The position numbers were made by a program, and so were the translations under genes. A stretch of 63,965 bases of DNA, counting the filler, from Reticulomyxa filosa (taxonomy: Eukaryota; Protista; Foraminifera), in assembly GCA_000512085.1 (NCBI GenBank). It is 16 parts of 16 records of this genome, joined end to end, with 100 filler letters (N's around TTAATTAATTAA, not from the genome) between each part and the next. Parts side by side here need not be neighbours in the genome. Positions count along the whole stretch, not along the records: positions 38,806 to 44,958 come from ASPP01033225.1; positions 45,059 to 49,474 come from ASPP01005856.1; positions 49,575 to 57,269 come from ASPP01017689.1; 13 more parts are not named here. One strand, 5' to 3'. Positions 41,771 through 53,046 of this stretch are shown here, piece by piece. The notes beneath the pieces are model-generated. The model was given only the letters and a program-made list of their open reading frames with translations, was not told the origin of the DNA and did no database searches. Each line of letters opens with the position of its first letter. The first letter of the stretch is position 1.

Positions 41771-42599
41771 TTTTTTATCACACATACCTTATGCGTCATT
41801 TTCTTGGACTAGCCAAAGTACATTTAACAAAAAATTTCTCAAAACTTACGTGAACTTGAAGAATGACATGTTCTAAAACAAAAAATATCTTTTTGCCATA
41901 GATCCATAAAAAAATGTTAAGAACTTCAACATAAAAATCATATACATGTGTTAATGATGATGGTGTTGGAATTCCCATGAATGAAAAAAAAATGACAAAT
42001 TCTTTTTTTCTAAATTAAGTGATTGTATTTGATATGCATTTTCAATGATTTTGGAATGCTGAAAGAAAAATTATTAAATATGAATGACAAGAACACTAAA
42101 AGTTATTTTTTTAACAACAAAAAAGAAAACATTTATTCTCTGCAGACAATTATCTATTAGCAAAAAAAAAAAGAGGATATTTGACATATTGTAAAGTATT
42201 TCTTTTGACGTCAATTATTCTTCAATTTGCACTTGTTTAAAGGAATTATCAAGTACACATTACAAGTTTAATGATATGATAAAAATAATTATCGTAAATA
42301 TTAATAATTTACTATCTTTGTAGAAAGACGTTAGAATCAAAATTTTATAATAAATGACATGAATTTCTTTTTCAAAATTCTTATACATTCTATTTTATTC
42401 ATAAATATAAAAAACACTTTTATAGTAAATAGATAAAAGATTAAACTTTATAACAAATCAGCAATTTACTTTGTTTTTTTTTTAGTAAAGATTATTTTTT
42501 GCTTTTTCTTTGAAAAATAAAAAAAATACAAAATATTTTGTCGTTGTCTTTTATTTTTGACCTTTTTTTTAATTTGAAAAAAACAAACTATTCATCATT

Positions 42600-43340
42600 G
42601 ATAATGATAATGTTGTTGCTATATGCTCAAATCATGGAGATTTGAAGTTGTACTTTGTTTTGAACTACTACAAATGTGAGAATATCTTCTTCCATTTGAA
42701 GCTTTTCTTTAGAACAAGACTGCCTAGATTGGTATGTCTTTGTGACATTTACACTACTTTGACATTATCTATATAGACTTAAAACCAGAAAATATTTTAT
42801 TGGATCAATCTAGTTATGCGTATTTGACCAATTTCGGCTTGTCCAAGGAATTGACCAATAGAGAAAAAGCAACTGTTTGTTTTCACTTTGACACTACCTT
42901 TTCTGTTCTCTTGATCGGTTTTGATCTTTTCCAGAATTATTCTATACCTTGTTTGTTATTTATTTTTAGATGTTTGGTGGGACCCCAGAGTACTTGGGTA
43001 TGTTTACTATCTTGTTATCTTTATGCGCCGAACATTGTATGGATTAATTTGTAGCTCCGGAAACTATAAAAAATTAGGGACAAAGCAAACCAGTTGGTGT
43101 CGTAGTTCCTCCCTTTTATTTTTAAAATGTTCATAAAATGTATTATAAAATCCAAGGTATTCCTTTATCATCACTTCCTAATTTGCAAAGACGTCATTTC
43201 TCATGTTTGCTTTTGTCTTACTTTATCATTTTTCTGCAAATGTGTATAGCAATGGAGACACACCAAATCTGACTGATTAAATATGTGTTGATAGTTGCTG
43301 GTGAGACCCAAGTAAAAGACTTGGTAATGTGAGAGTTCAT
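42600..43340 (+). pseudogene. AGC-family Ser/Thr kinase (Akt/S6K-like) pseudogene retaining introns
   Basis: KLYFVLNY..FFHL, IY(I)DLKPENILLD..LTNFGLSKE and FGGTPEYL|APE across a GT..AG intron. The RD and DFG motifs are degraded and there are frameshifts. Confidence 0.8.
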
Positions 43341-43469
43341 ATTGTAATGTATGGACAAACACAGGAGCGAGTACACAGACGCTGCCCCATTAGAGACGAA
43401 ATGGATGAAAGCTTTGTGATGAGTTACAATCTGTGTCCGATGTTGTTATTCTTTTAGGCAGACGTCTCA

Positions 43470-44520
43470 CGACGAAGGTATAGAACTGAGTATGTACACA
43501 CATAATGATGCATGCCTTTCAATGGCATCGCGAGGCGACGACCAATTGGTAGATACGTTGTTGCCATTGATCAAGTGGTGCATCTACTCCAAGGTTACTA
43601 CAATCACGTTCAGATCAAAAGATTCGCTGCGAACAGCTATGACCAGACTGATCATTTGTATGTATGCGGAGCTGTTGCAATTCAGTAAGATTAGTCAAGA
43701 AAACCAGCAGAAGAGAAAAAAATAGATTGAATTGGTCGATTAAGCAGAATACTAACGCTAGTAAACCAATTATTGCAAATGTTTCAAATCAAGATGCTGT
43801 GAATTGTGACGTTGTGAGTACCTTGAGAGACTTTGGTCACAAGTTCAAGTCGTTGATTTGAGACTACCTCACCAGCATGTGCAATAACGAACGAGCGGCC
43901 TACATCATCAGGAACATGAACTCACATTGAAACGCCTTTACTTCTTGTTCCACCAAAACATCTTCGCAACTGATGTCAAAAACATGCATTGGACAGGGTT
44001 TCATCTTCTACTAGATCCGCGATGCTGATATACATGCTCTTATCACACATCCTACTTTGAGTAGCTTTCGACTGGACTTGGAACAGATCTTCATCTTTTT
44101 CACAAATGTGCTATGTCAAGATAGTCTCGACAAACATTCACTCCAGGCACTGTTATGTATGTATATAAGTATAAGCATATATGTTTGTGTTCCAGCCGAA
44201 TTTACACTTATGCTTTTGCATTAGTCAAAGGATTATCTCCATCATGCTCCATGTACCCTCCCCAGATGCTATGGAAACGTTCCAACAAGCAATCATGGAT
44301 TTACTGCCTCAGCATTTGCGAAAATCTGTTTCCAAACTCAACAATGAAAGTCCTACCTTTACATATTGGAGATATCAACTGATGGCAACAGCATTGCTTT
44401 GTGCGGACCTTCGACCCAATATTGCAACGAGCCAAGAAGTTGTGCAATAATTTTGTTCATTGGTATCACAAGATTTACAATCAAATGACACAATCTTCGC
44501 GAAAAAAATGTCAGTTTCAA
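43470..44520 (+). pseudogene. Large helical-repeat protein remnant, possibly PA200/PSME4-like
   Basis: Coding-like fragments in several frames, including TYWRYQLMATALLCADLRP, which is reminiscent of a PA200/Blm10 segment. Many stops. Confidence 0.3.
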
Positions 44521-45058
44521 ACACATGACGGTCGGTTTTCGATTCATAACACAACTCGATAGTCCATTTTGCTTTTTAGATTGTGACGATCAAATATTAC
44601 AGACATTCTTTGGGACGAATAAAAAATTTATTTTCTCAAACATATGATGCATTTCAACATTGGATAAGTCTATTATATTGTTTTTGCTATTGTTATTGTT
44701 GCTGTTGTTGTTGTCGTTATTGCTATTGGCGTTGGTAATGACAATTCTTTTTCTAGACAATCGGTCCCTTTCTTTATCGCAGCCCACATTTCAATGCATT
44801 TTTTTTGCTTGAACAACAGATAGTTGAGCATCCACGTTGACGATAGTATCATTTCGAATGGAGCGATATGCCGGACATAACAAAATGGGGCTAGGCAAAA
44901 GTCGTTGGCAGCCACGCGGGCGGTCATCACTTAAATGTGTTGCCACTTTGACCGAATTNNNNNNNNNNNNNNNNNNNNNNNNNNNNNNNNNNNNNNNNNN
45001 NNTTAATTAATTAANNNNNNNNNNNNNNNNNNNNNNNNNNNNNNNNNNNNNNNNNNNN

Positions 45059-45800
45059 ACATATACCACACCATCATTTTCACCCACATATACCACACCA
45101 TTATCTTCACATATGTAAATCACACCATCACCTTCCCCAACATATTCCACACCACCATCTTTACTCATATACACCACCTACACCGATATATACCACACCA
45201 CATATACACCACCATTTTCATCCATATATATCATCACCCACACACACCACTGCACCACACCGCTTCATCCACATATACCACACTACTGCTTTCACATATA
45301 TATAACAAACCACCACCTTTATTCATATACACCACCACCTTCACCCATATACACAATACCACCATTTTTACCTACACCACCACCTTCTCATATATATACC
45401 ACACCAAAATCTTCAACTATACACCGCACCAATATACAATACACCACCTACATCACAATGCTATCTTTACCCACACATAACACACCCCACATCATCTTCA
45501 CATATATAAACACTACCATTTTCATTTATATACACCATATAATCACTTTCACTCACATATACTACACTATATTCATATACATATATATATCAGCACAATA
45601 TTTTCATCAATATACACCACACCATCAACATCACCTTCACCTATATACACACCACTATCTTTATTTATATGCAACACACTACTTTCGTCAATATACATCA
45701 TCCATATACACCAAAGCACAACGTTCATCTATACACACCACAAACATATGCCACACCATTACCTTCCTTTATATTACGTTCACCCATATACACAACATTA
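45059..45800. repeat. Degenerate C/A/T-rich (G-poor) low-complexity repeat tract
   Basis: Recurrent ACACCACCAT / CATATATACC motifs, with very few G on the + strand over about 740 nt. Confidence 0.85.
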
Positions 45801-46206
45801 CATTTTTTTTTTTTTTTCGAAAACTACGAAAAAAAAATTATATGTATACGTTATGTGGGAATGTTCATTTGTGATTTAGTATCCTTGACTTTTGCTTCTT
45901 CAAAATTTCTTTATTTGACTCATTTCCTTGCGTGCTTGCTGTCTCCATTTTTTTTTTCCTTCTTTTTGCTTCTCCAAGTTCTTGTTTGATATCCTATCTT
46001 TTGTACAATAACTTTTCTCTTTGAATCGAGTTAAGTTTGTGCACAAGAAGAATAACATGAATCGTTTAAATTTCTTATGTATTTGCTTTACTTATATTGA
46101 ATCCGAACTGAACTCTAAAAAGAGTTAAGGATTAAAATTAACTTTTATTTTATTTTTGATTTAAGAAAAATTACTTGTGGAAAAAAAAATAGAATGAATT
46201 AAAAAA

Positions 46207-47663
46207 TCATTGAAAAGAAGCTAAATGTAAAATATGAGCAACATAATAAATAAGCTTTTTACAAAAATCAATATGTAAAAATTCATTAGGACCTAAAAAA
46301 ACACCAGTAACAACAAATTGAGATTTTGGAAATTTATATAATTGACCCATTAAAGTAATACTACCACATTCATAAGAGCAGATTGATTAAAAAAGATTTT
46401 ATATGAAGAATAAATAGCATTTAAAAGCCAAGAACAAAATCAGTACACACAAAACGTTAATTAGTAATAAAATCAATCTTAGAATTAAAAGGTGGATCTT
46501 TTTCAAATAACTTGTTTAATAAATAGTTAAAAGCATATAGATAATTTAAGTGTAATATATTGTCTTAATACATTACCCCTTTTAAATTAGGAATACCATC
46601 ACAACCAGTAATAGTTCATTGTGGACGCAAGTACTATTTAAAAGTAATTCATAAGAATTTTCATGATTAATAAATGTAATTCTGTCCATATTAATTTACC
46701 AATATGTTTTGACACATTATATATTATTATCTGGTATTTTACTATTTAATTCATTAATTTTACATTTTCCAGTAATATTATCATCAAAACGGTCACGATC
46801 CACTATGTATTCCTTCTTTTAATAATTGTGCACGAATATAACCCTATTAAAATACCACCAAGTGATATGTTGTTATCACATAATTGTTCATAATTACCAG
46901 AACCAGAATTTAAACATATTACTAATGAATGTTCTCCTATTTTATTTTTTAAATAATGATATAAATGTGGTGGTCCTGATTCTTCACTTCCTTCTATTGT
47001 TATAATACATCGTGGATGTGATGCAATACTATCTATTGCAGCAAATATACTATATCCATCATCAGCACTACCTCTACCATAAAGCTATATATGTATTGTA
47101 TATGTACATGTATTATATATACATATATGTATACATATATTATCATCCTATAATCCTTTATAACTTTTCCATCTCTAATTACAGGTTTATATGGATGTAA
47201 ATCTTTTTCCCATTGATCTGTTACTGGCTATATTATATTTATATAAAATAAAATATTCGTTTATAAAATATACTATTTTATACAACACTCTCAACTCGTT
47301 GCTTATCAAAATAACCATACATTAATACTGTTTCTTCTACTTCTATAAATATAAATGGTGTCATATTCTTTTCTTCTAATACTTCCATCTTTAATCCTTT
47401 TATTAATAATTTTACGCTTTCTCTTGTTGTCCATTTTCAATATCTTTTCATCATAATCTGGTGATTTATTCTCAATTTTTATATATTCCTATATTTAAGA
47501 GATATACATACATATTTAGTATATATATGTACATTTTCTTTTTCTTTTTCTTTTTTAACGTCTTCAATACGCTCTTTTCCCACGACTTTTCCACAAAGTC
47601 TTTTAGTTTAGCAGTAGCTAAAGTTAAAGAAGAAGAAGATACTGTAGCCCCTGATTTTAACAT
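46207..47663 (-). pseudogene. M20 family dipeptidase/metallopeptidase pseudogene with introns
   Basis: YGYFDKQ, LYGRGSADDGYSIFAA, IEGSEESG, VICLNSGSGNYEQL, EGIHSG, GSI..FPKSQFVVTG..GPNEFLHI. Internal deletions, frameshifts and loss of metal ligands. Confidence 0.85.
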
Positions 47664-48318
47664 TAGCTTTCTTTAGAAAAGACTAAAACAAACCAAGAAA
47701 CAAAACAACTGGTAACTAAAAAACAAACCACTTCCCCCTTTGCACTTTCAAAAAGTTCTTTCACTTTTTTGTACTGAGGAACACTTGCTCTGCACTCCCG
47801 TTTTAAGTGTTTTATCAAAGCAATAAATATTGAGTGAATTACTGACTGACCAATGTTAATTGTTCTATTATACTGTAAAGAACGATAAATTTTGGATTTA
47901 CCAAAACTTATTAAAATATTCAAGAAGAAAAATACTTTATGAGATTATTGATATTGTCAATGATATGTGCAACTTGGTTAGATTGTTTCATTAAAAAACT
48001 TGAGGATAGGACCAAAAATGAAAAGAGACTAAAAAACAGAGTATGAACCTTGGCAATGCGATAATAAATTGTTGCATTCGTTTATTCATTATTTATATTT
48101 TGTTCCTTTTGTTTTTTTTGTTATAACACTAACAAAAGAAATACACAAAGAACAAAAAAAAAAGGAGAAAACATGAGAAAAGCCCATTATAAAAAAAAAG
48201 AGTGAATAAATTTAAAAAAAAATGGGCAGATAAGGTACTTAAAGAGGGGGGGGGGGACACCCACGACAACAACACACAAAAAAAAAAAATGTGTATTATA
48301 CTTTGACTGTAAAGAAAA

Positions 48319-49474
48319 TTACATAAATCCAACTTCATTTAGACTACGTTGAATGACGATATGGGTGACATCATCAAAAACACGCCTAACATTGTTGGAG
48401 TCCATCGCACAAGTAACATGAATAAAAATTTTGTGATTTTGTCCGGTACGCGCGTGACATTTAGTGAACTGTTTTTTGATGTAGCCCAAGCAGTCGTCAT
48501 ATTCATCCTTGCCGTCATATTCAGGAAAGCAAACGGTTAAAGGTACATGATAAGGGGATTCCGTGTTAATCTTCGCGCGAAACAAGTCATCCTTGTTCAA
48601 AAACAATATTATGGGAGTAGTGTGAAAATATGAACGATTGCAAACTTCAGTAAACAAATTCAGCGAGTCATGCATCACGTTTTCTGTCTCTTCTTCATAC
48701 ATCGATTCTTCATATCCGCTCAACGACGCTACAAATATCACCGCTGTTACGCCAGTAAAGCAATGAATCCATTTTTTACGTTCTGCTCTTTGTCCACCTT
48801 TGGCATATGTATACATATACATATACATACATGTATATATGTATGTACATATATATATATACATATATATTTAGATATTCAAAATGTTTTTTCTTTTATT
48901 TGTTTAGAGTGTATATTGTATTAATTATAGATTCGATTGATTCTAATGAAATATATATATATATATATATACATATATGTAATATTTATATACGTGTATA
49001 TATAGCCTTACCGACATCAAATATTCGAAATTTGGTATTGTTGATTTCAAAGTGTTTGTCCACGACACCTGTCGTTCGGTGTCGTGCGTGAAGAATGTCA
49101 TCTGCGGTTGGAATGTAATTTGGTCCGCCGATACGATTTATTTCATCAAAAAAATATGCCGTCGAATCCGCCACCCCAAACCGACTTCGCTTTGAATACG
49201 TTTGTTGGATTCCCTGGTCTTTCCATAATATCTCTATCAACGATCTTATCTCTTGGGTTATGTCACTGTCATCACGGATCGTTTCAAAACTTTCCGCTGC
49301 TGACTGAGCGTCTTCACTCATTCTTTTTTTTTTTTTTTTAAAGTTGTTATTATTCACTAAATAAAAAATACGTATACCTGCTCACTATCACAGTTTTTTT
49401 TTTAAGTTGTAACTAATCCATCTCTCTCAAAACAAACAAACTCGACAGTCTCCATATTTCGTCCGGGTAAAATC
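48319..49474 (-). CDS. Heterotrimeric G-protein alpha subunit, 5'-truncated, spliced
   Basis: RHRTTG, FDV|GGQRAERKKWIHCF, LFLNKDD and HVTCAMD. An (AT)-microsatellite intron lies at about 48802-49009. Confidence 0.96.
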
Positions 49475-49631
49475 NNNNNNNNNNNNNNNNNNNNNNNNNN
49501 NNNNNNNNNNNNNNNNNNTTAATTAATTAANNNNNNNNNNNNNNNNNNNNNNNNNNNNNNNNNNNNNNNNNNNNCTCCTTAACTTGACGCGTATGGTTCT
49601 TTAAACGCTCCCGAAAATCTTAAATATCGAT

Positions 49632-50150
49632 TCAAAATTTAACTTGATTATAATCAACCACAAACCGCCAAAGTTTTTCCTTTCCTTTTGAAATGCCTAT
49701 TCTAGGGGTGGTTAAAACACTAAAATTCAAATCTATATCGGCAATATAAATCTCATTATCTCCAATGATATCTATATTATTATGCGATCTATCTATATTA
49801 AGTAGTTTGCACAATTTTCCCGGGCCATTTATAATTGTTTTCCTTTCATAATGCATACCCCCACGTATTAGGACTGCAGATCCTATTCCTTCTCTTTCAG
49901 TGACAATATTTAAGCAATTATAAATTCCATAAATAAGATATACATATAATTTACCAGCATCTCCAAACATTGGGGCTGTTCTTTTAGTTAAACCTTTAGC
50001 TGAATGAGATGCTGGATCATCTATTCCAACGTACGCCTCTGTTTCAGTTATAATAATCTTTTGATCTTTCCATACTAATTTCTTACCTATAAGGCTCTTG
50101 GCAACTTCAAGTGTAGGGTTTAAGAAAAATCCTCGATCTAATTTAATCAT
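49632..50150 (-). CDS. mpg: DNA-3-methyladenine glycosylase (MPG/AAG family)
   Basis: ITETEAY.G.DDPASH, YVYLIYG, AVLIRG, NGPGKLC, PRIGI, WRF. Confidence 0.95.
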   Translation of the reverse strand: MIKLDRGFFLNPTLEVAKSLIGKKLVWKDQKIIITETEAYVGIDDPASHSAKGLTKRTAPMFGDAGKLYVYLIYGIYNCLNIVTEREGIGSAVLIRGGMHYERKTIINGPGKLCKLLNIDRSHNNIDIIGDNEIYIADIDLNFSVLTTPRIGISKGKEKLWRFVVDYNQVKF

Positions 50151-50155
50151 GCTAA

Positions 50156-50488
50156 TTAATTGGTGGTTTCTTCTTTTAAATCTCTAAATTGATTTAAAGT
50201 TGATAGTAAGCAATTATGAAAATTGTTACTAATGTAAAATCTTAATTCATCGATAGTCATATTGCTTATTGAAGGTATTTTGCGTACTTCTTTGATAAAT
50301 TGTACTAAATTTTGAATTAAATAAGTAGAAAAATATATTAAAGAAGTATTAATTACTTGATAATTCTCTAACGTCAGGCCCGATTCTTGAAGCAGAACCT
50401 TTACTTTTTCATTTTCATGAGTACATAAAAATCTTAAAGATTCTAATCCATAATAAAATTTAGTATCTTTAAATTCAGGATCTACCAC
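50156..50488 (-). CDS. Hypothetical protein (bacterial)
   Basis: 110-aa ORF ending 5 nt before the mpg start on the same strand. Start uncertain. Confidence 0.6.
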   Translation of the reverse strand: MVDPEFKDTKFYYGLESLRFLCTHENEKVKVLLQESGLTLENYQVINTSLIYFSTYLIQNLVQFIKEVRKIPSISNMTIDELRFYISNNFHNCLLSTLNQFRDLKEETTN

Positions 50489-50512
50489 CTGACCTAGAAC
50501 ATTTAATATTGT

Positions 50513-50734
50513 TTAAAATTCCTTAGTTTCATAATCCGATGTAACACATCTTAGAAATAATTCTGATTTTTCTAAAAATTCTACGCTACTGAAACCAGCC
50601 TTTTTAATTTCATCAAAAATTACTTCCATGAAATTTTGAATTGTAAGCGCTATGATTGCCATACTTTCAGGAGAAAGGTTATTCAACTCTTCCTGTGAAA
50701 ATTCTTCAAACTCCCCTTTTACTACAAATCCCAT
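50513..50734 (-). CDS. Hypothetical small acidic protein (bacterial)
   Basis: 73-aa ORF co-oriented with the mpg cluster. Confidence 0.55.
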   Translation of the reverse strand: MGFVVKGEFEEFSQEELNNLSPESMAIIALTIQNFMEVIFDEIKKAGFSSVEFLEKSELFLRCVTSDYETKEF

Positions 50735-50799
50735 ATCAAGGCATAATTGTTTATACCTTGTATGCTAGCAATTAAATATTAACGATTTATTAACAAAAA

Positions 50800-51001
50800 T
50801 TATATTTTTTGGTAGGGAATAGGTTTACCTGATGAATCCAAGGCTAATTCACCATTTTCAAAAACTGCTGCGATATAATTGCCATGCCCAACTGTTTTAC
50901 CCATATACATAACAGGTTTAACTTGTTTTCCATTCAGCTTTTTCAATTTTGCAGATGAACCACGGTTTTCAATGTTGTTTTTCGAGCCTTTTTTTTGCCA
51001 T
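50800..51001 (-). CDS. Small basic hypothetical protein missed by the ORF track (+1 frameshift in an A8 run)
   Basis: Removing one A gives MAKKGSKNNIENRGSSAKLKKLNGKQVKPVMYMGKTVGHGNYIAAVFENGELALDSSGKPIPYQKI*. It is preceded by an AAGGT RBS-like site and a promoter. Confidence 0.7.
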
Positions 51002-51028
51002 TTTTAGTACCTTTATATTATTTTACAA

Positions 51029-51057
51029 TATATATGATTTTTAATGAGAAATGTCAA
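51029..51057 (-). promoter_or_regulatory. Sigma70-like promoter
   Basis: TTGACA-17 nt-TATATA on the minus strand, about 28 nt upstream of the ATG at 51001. Confidence 0.6.
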
Positions 51058-51083
51058 GAAGTGAGAAGATGTAAAATAATGCT

Positions 51084-52406
51084 TTAAATCACCTTAAAAT
51101 TAACTGAGATTTTAGGGCAAAAAAGCAATTGTAATCCATTAGCATTATTACGTATTTGGAACTTTAATGATTGCCATGGTCGCTTGCGTAAATCATCTTC
51201 CTTTACTGCAAATTGATACCATTCATATGATAATGCCCCTAACTCTGAATGTATTTGAGGAGTTTTATAATCGAACTCATAGCCTATTCCCTCTATCATA
51301 GCCTATTCCCTCTAATTCAAAATTTAATTCATTCAGTTTAGAATCTACATCGCTATGATATTGTTTCATTGCTCTTAAACATACCAACCTTTGACGCTCA
51401 ACAAATGGTTGATTAGATACAATTAACACATTAACTTTATCAACTTTGCTTTCTTGACTTGATAATACATCAAAAAGTAATTTACTTGAAAATATGCTGT
51501 ATCATAAGTTTCAGCTCTGTAGCCAGTTTTAACTACAGGAGGGAGCACTTCAATAGGCCTTTCACCGAAAACTACCTTTTTAATATCTTCAGACATAATA
51601 GCTTCGTCTAAAACTCTAGTTTCTCCATCAGCATAATTTATATAAGTTCTATTCTTAACCCTACCTAAAGGTAAATTCTCTTCTTTTTCATATTTAACAA
51701 ATGGTTGGTTATCATTGATTTTAAAGCCATTTTTAATAGCTAAATCCAGCATATATATTTTACCTAATTCAATATCGATATTCGGGCCATTATTAACTCC
51801 TTCGATTTCTGCCCATAACTCTCTATCCCCATTAAGAATACGTATAGTTTCAAATTGAATACCTGCATCTTCATATTTTTTAATGTACTCAAGTCGATCA
51901 AGAAGAGCTTGTCTGGAAGCACCTTGCACCCATACCTCATCATAATATCTATATTTAGGCTCTATTTTTGAAACCAAACCAAGAACTTGTGCACTTTTCA
52001 AATATTCTTCAGCGAAAACTATCAGCCAATCTTTTTCAAATATCTCATTACGCTCCTGTTTAATTTTTCTATCAAATGCAGTTTGTCCCCAATACGTGAT
52101 AAAATCTTGTATATCTTGCTTATCAAATAGTTCATTATTGAAAAGATTTTTTATAACATAAGTGCTGTTAAATGCCATAGGATCTATAGGATATGCCTTA
52201 GCATCATTCATAACGTTTAAAATATGTTCATAAATTAATAACGGATCTTGAAATCCACCCATTGAATTTACATCTTGCCATACTCTTTCTGGTAAAAAGT
52301 ACCCAGGAATATATAACATTGTAATAAAAGCTTTTTGCTGAGGTAGATTTTGCAAATACCCATCAACTCCGAATTCAGCTAGTACTTCCTCAAAACTATA
52401 TGACAT
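51084..52406 (-). pseudogene. Hypothetical protein (YdcF/DUF218-like fold suspected), split by two frameshifts
   Basis: The 327-aa ORF continues in another frame after a T-run at about 51471-51476 (DVLSSQ..VLIVSNQPFVERQ..ELEGIGY), then a 19-bp tandem duplication leads to EFDYKTPQIHSELG.. Confidence 0.7.
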
Positions 52407-52409
52407 AAA

Positions 52410-53045
52410 TTAAAGACTTTTTATCAGTTTTATTAATTCATTATGATCCAAGATATTAACAATATCTTTTTCAGGCATTTTACCATAAAAGATAGGAATA
52501 CATCCAGCTTTTTTCGCGCATTCAACATCTACTGGTGTATCTCCTACTAACCAAACTTGGCTATAGTCTTCTATTTCCAACTCTTTTAATATTTCAAAAA
52601 TGGGAACCGGGGATGGCTTATCTTCTGAAACATCCATGGAACCTATCATCTGATAAAAATATTTATTCCAACCAAAATGGTTAGCTTCTTTACGTAAAAT
52701 TGTTCCTAGTTTATTGCTAACAACTCCTAGATGAAATTTCTCTCGATGTAAATGTATCAACAATTCTTCTGCATATGGTAAAGGTTTTAAGTGTTCAAGG
52801 TGCATTTCATAATAATGCTTGTAAAATGTCTCTCTAGCTTTTTCATAATCACTACCAAAAATAGCTGGAAAACTGTCTTTAAGAGATTTATGGGCTTGTT
52901 CCATAGTTTCTTGTAAGGTAAGAACAGGTTTATTAAATTCTACAAAAGTCTTATTCAGAGTTTGATGAATTAATTTCCAAGTACCAACTAAGGTATTATC
53001 CCAATCAAAAATTATAGCCTTTGGTTTTTTTAAATTTTTAATCAT
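52410..53045 (-). CDS. gph: HAD-family hydrolase (phosphoglycolate phosphatase-like)
   Basis: IIFDWDNTL, VVSNK, KPSP, VGDTPVDVECA. Confidence 0.88.
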   Translation of the reverse strand: MIKNLKKPKAIIFDWDNTLVGTWKLIHQTLNKTFVEFNKPVLTLQETMEQAHKSLKDSFPAIFGSDYEKARETFYKHYYEMHLEHLKPLPYAEELLIHLHREKFHLGVVSNKLGTILRKEANHFGWNKYFYQMIGSMDVSEDKPSPVPIFEILKELEIEDYSQVWLVGDTPVDVECAKKAGCIPIFYGKMPEKDIVNILDHNELIKLIKSL

Positions 53046-53046
53046 G

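Noticed and set aside
38806-44958. Alternative genetic code explaining in-frame stops
   Set aside because: Intact genes end in TAA, TAG and TGA and read normally. Stops co-occur with frameshifts, which indicates decay.
49579-49597. CTTAACTTGACGCGTATGG as a bacterial REP-like repeat end
   Set aside because: Single copy at the contig edge; cannot be supported without a search.
48319-50150. Bacterial genes adjacent to eukaryotic G-alpha as direct evidence of HGT
   Set aside because: A spacer at 49475-49574 separates them, so the adjacency is artificial.
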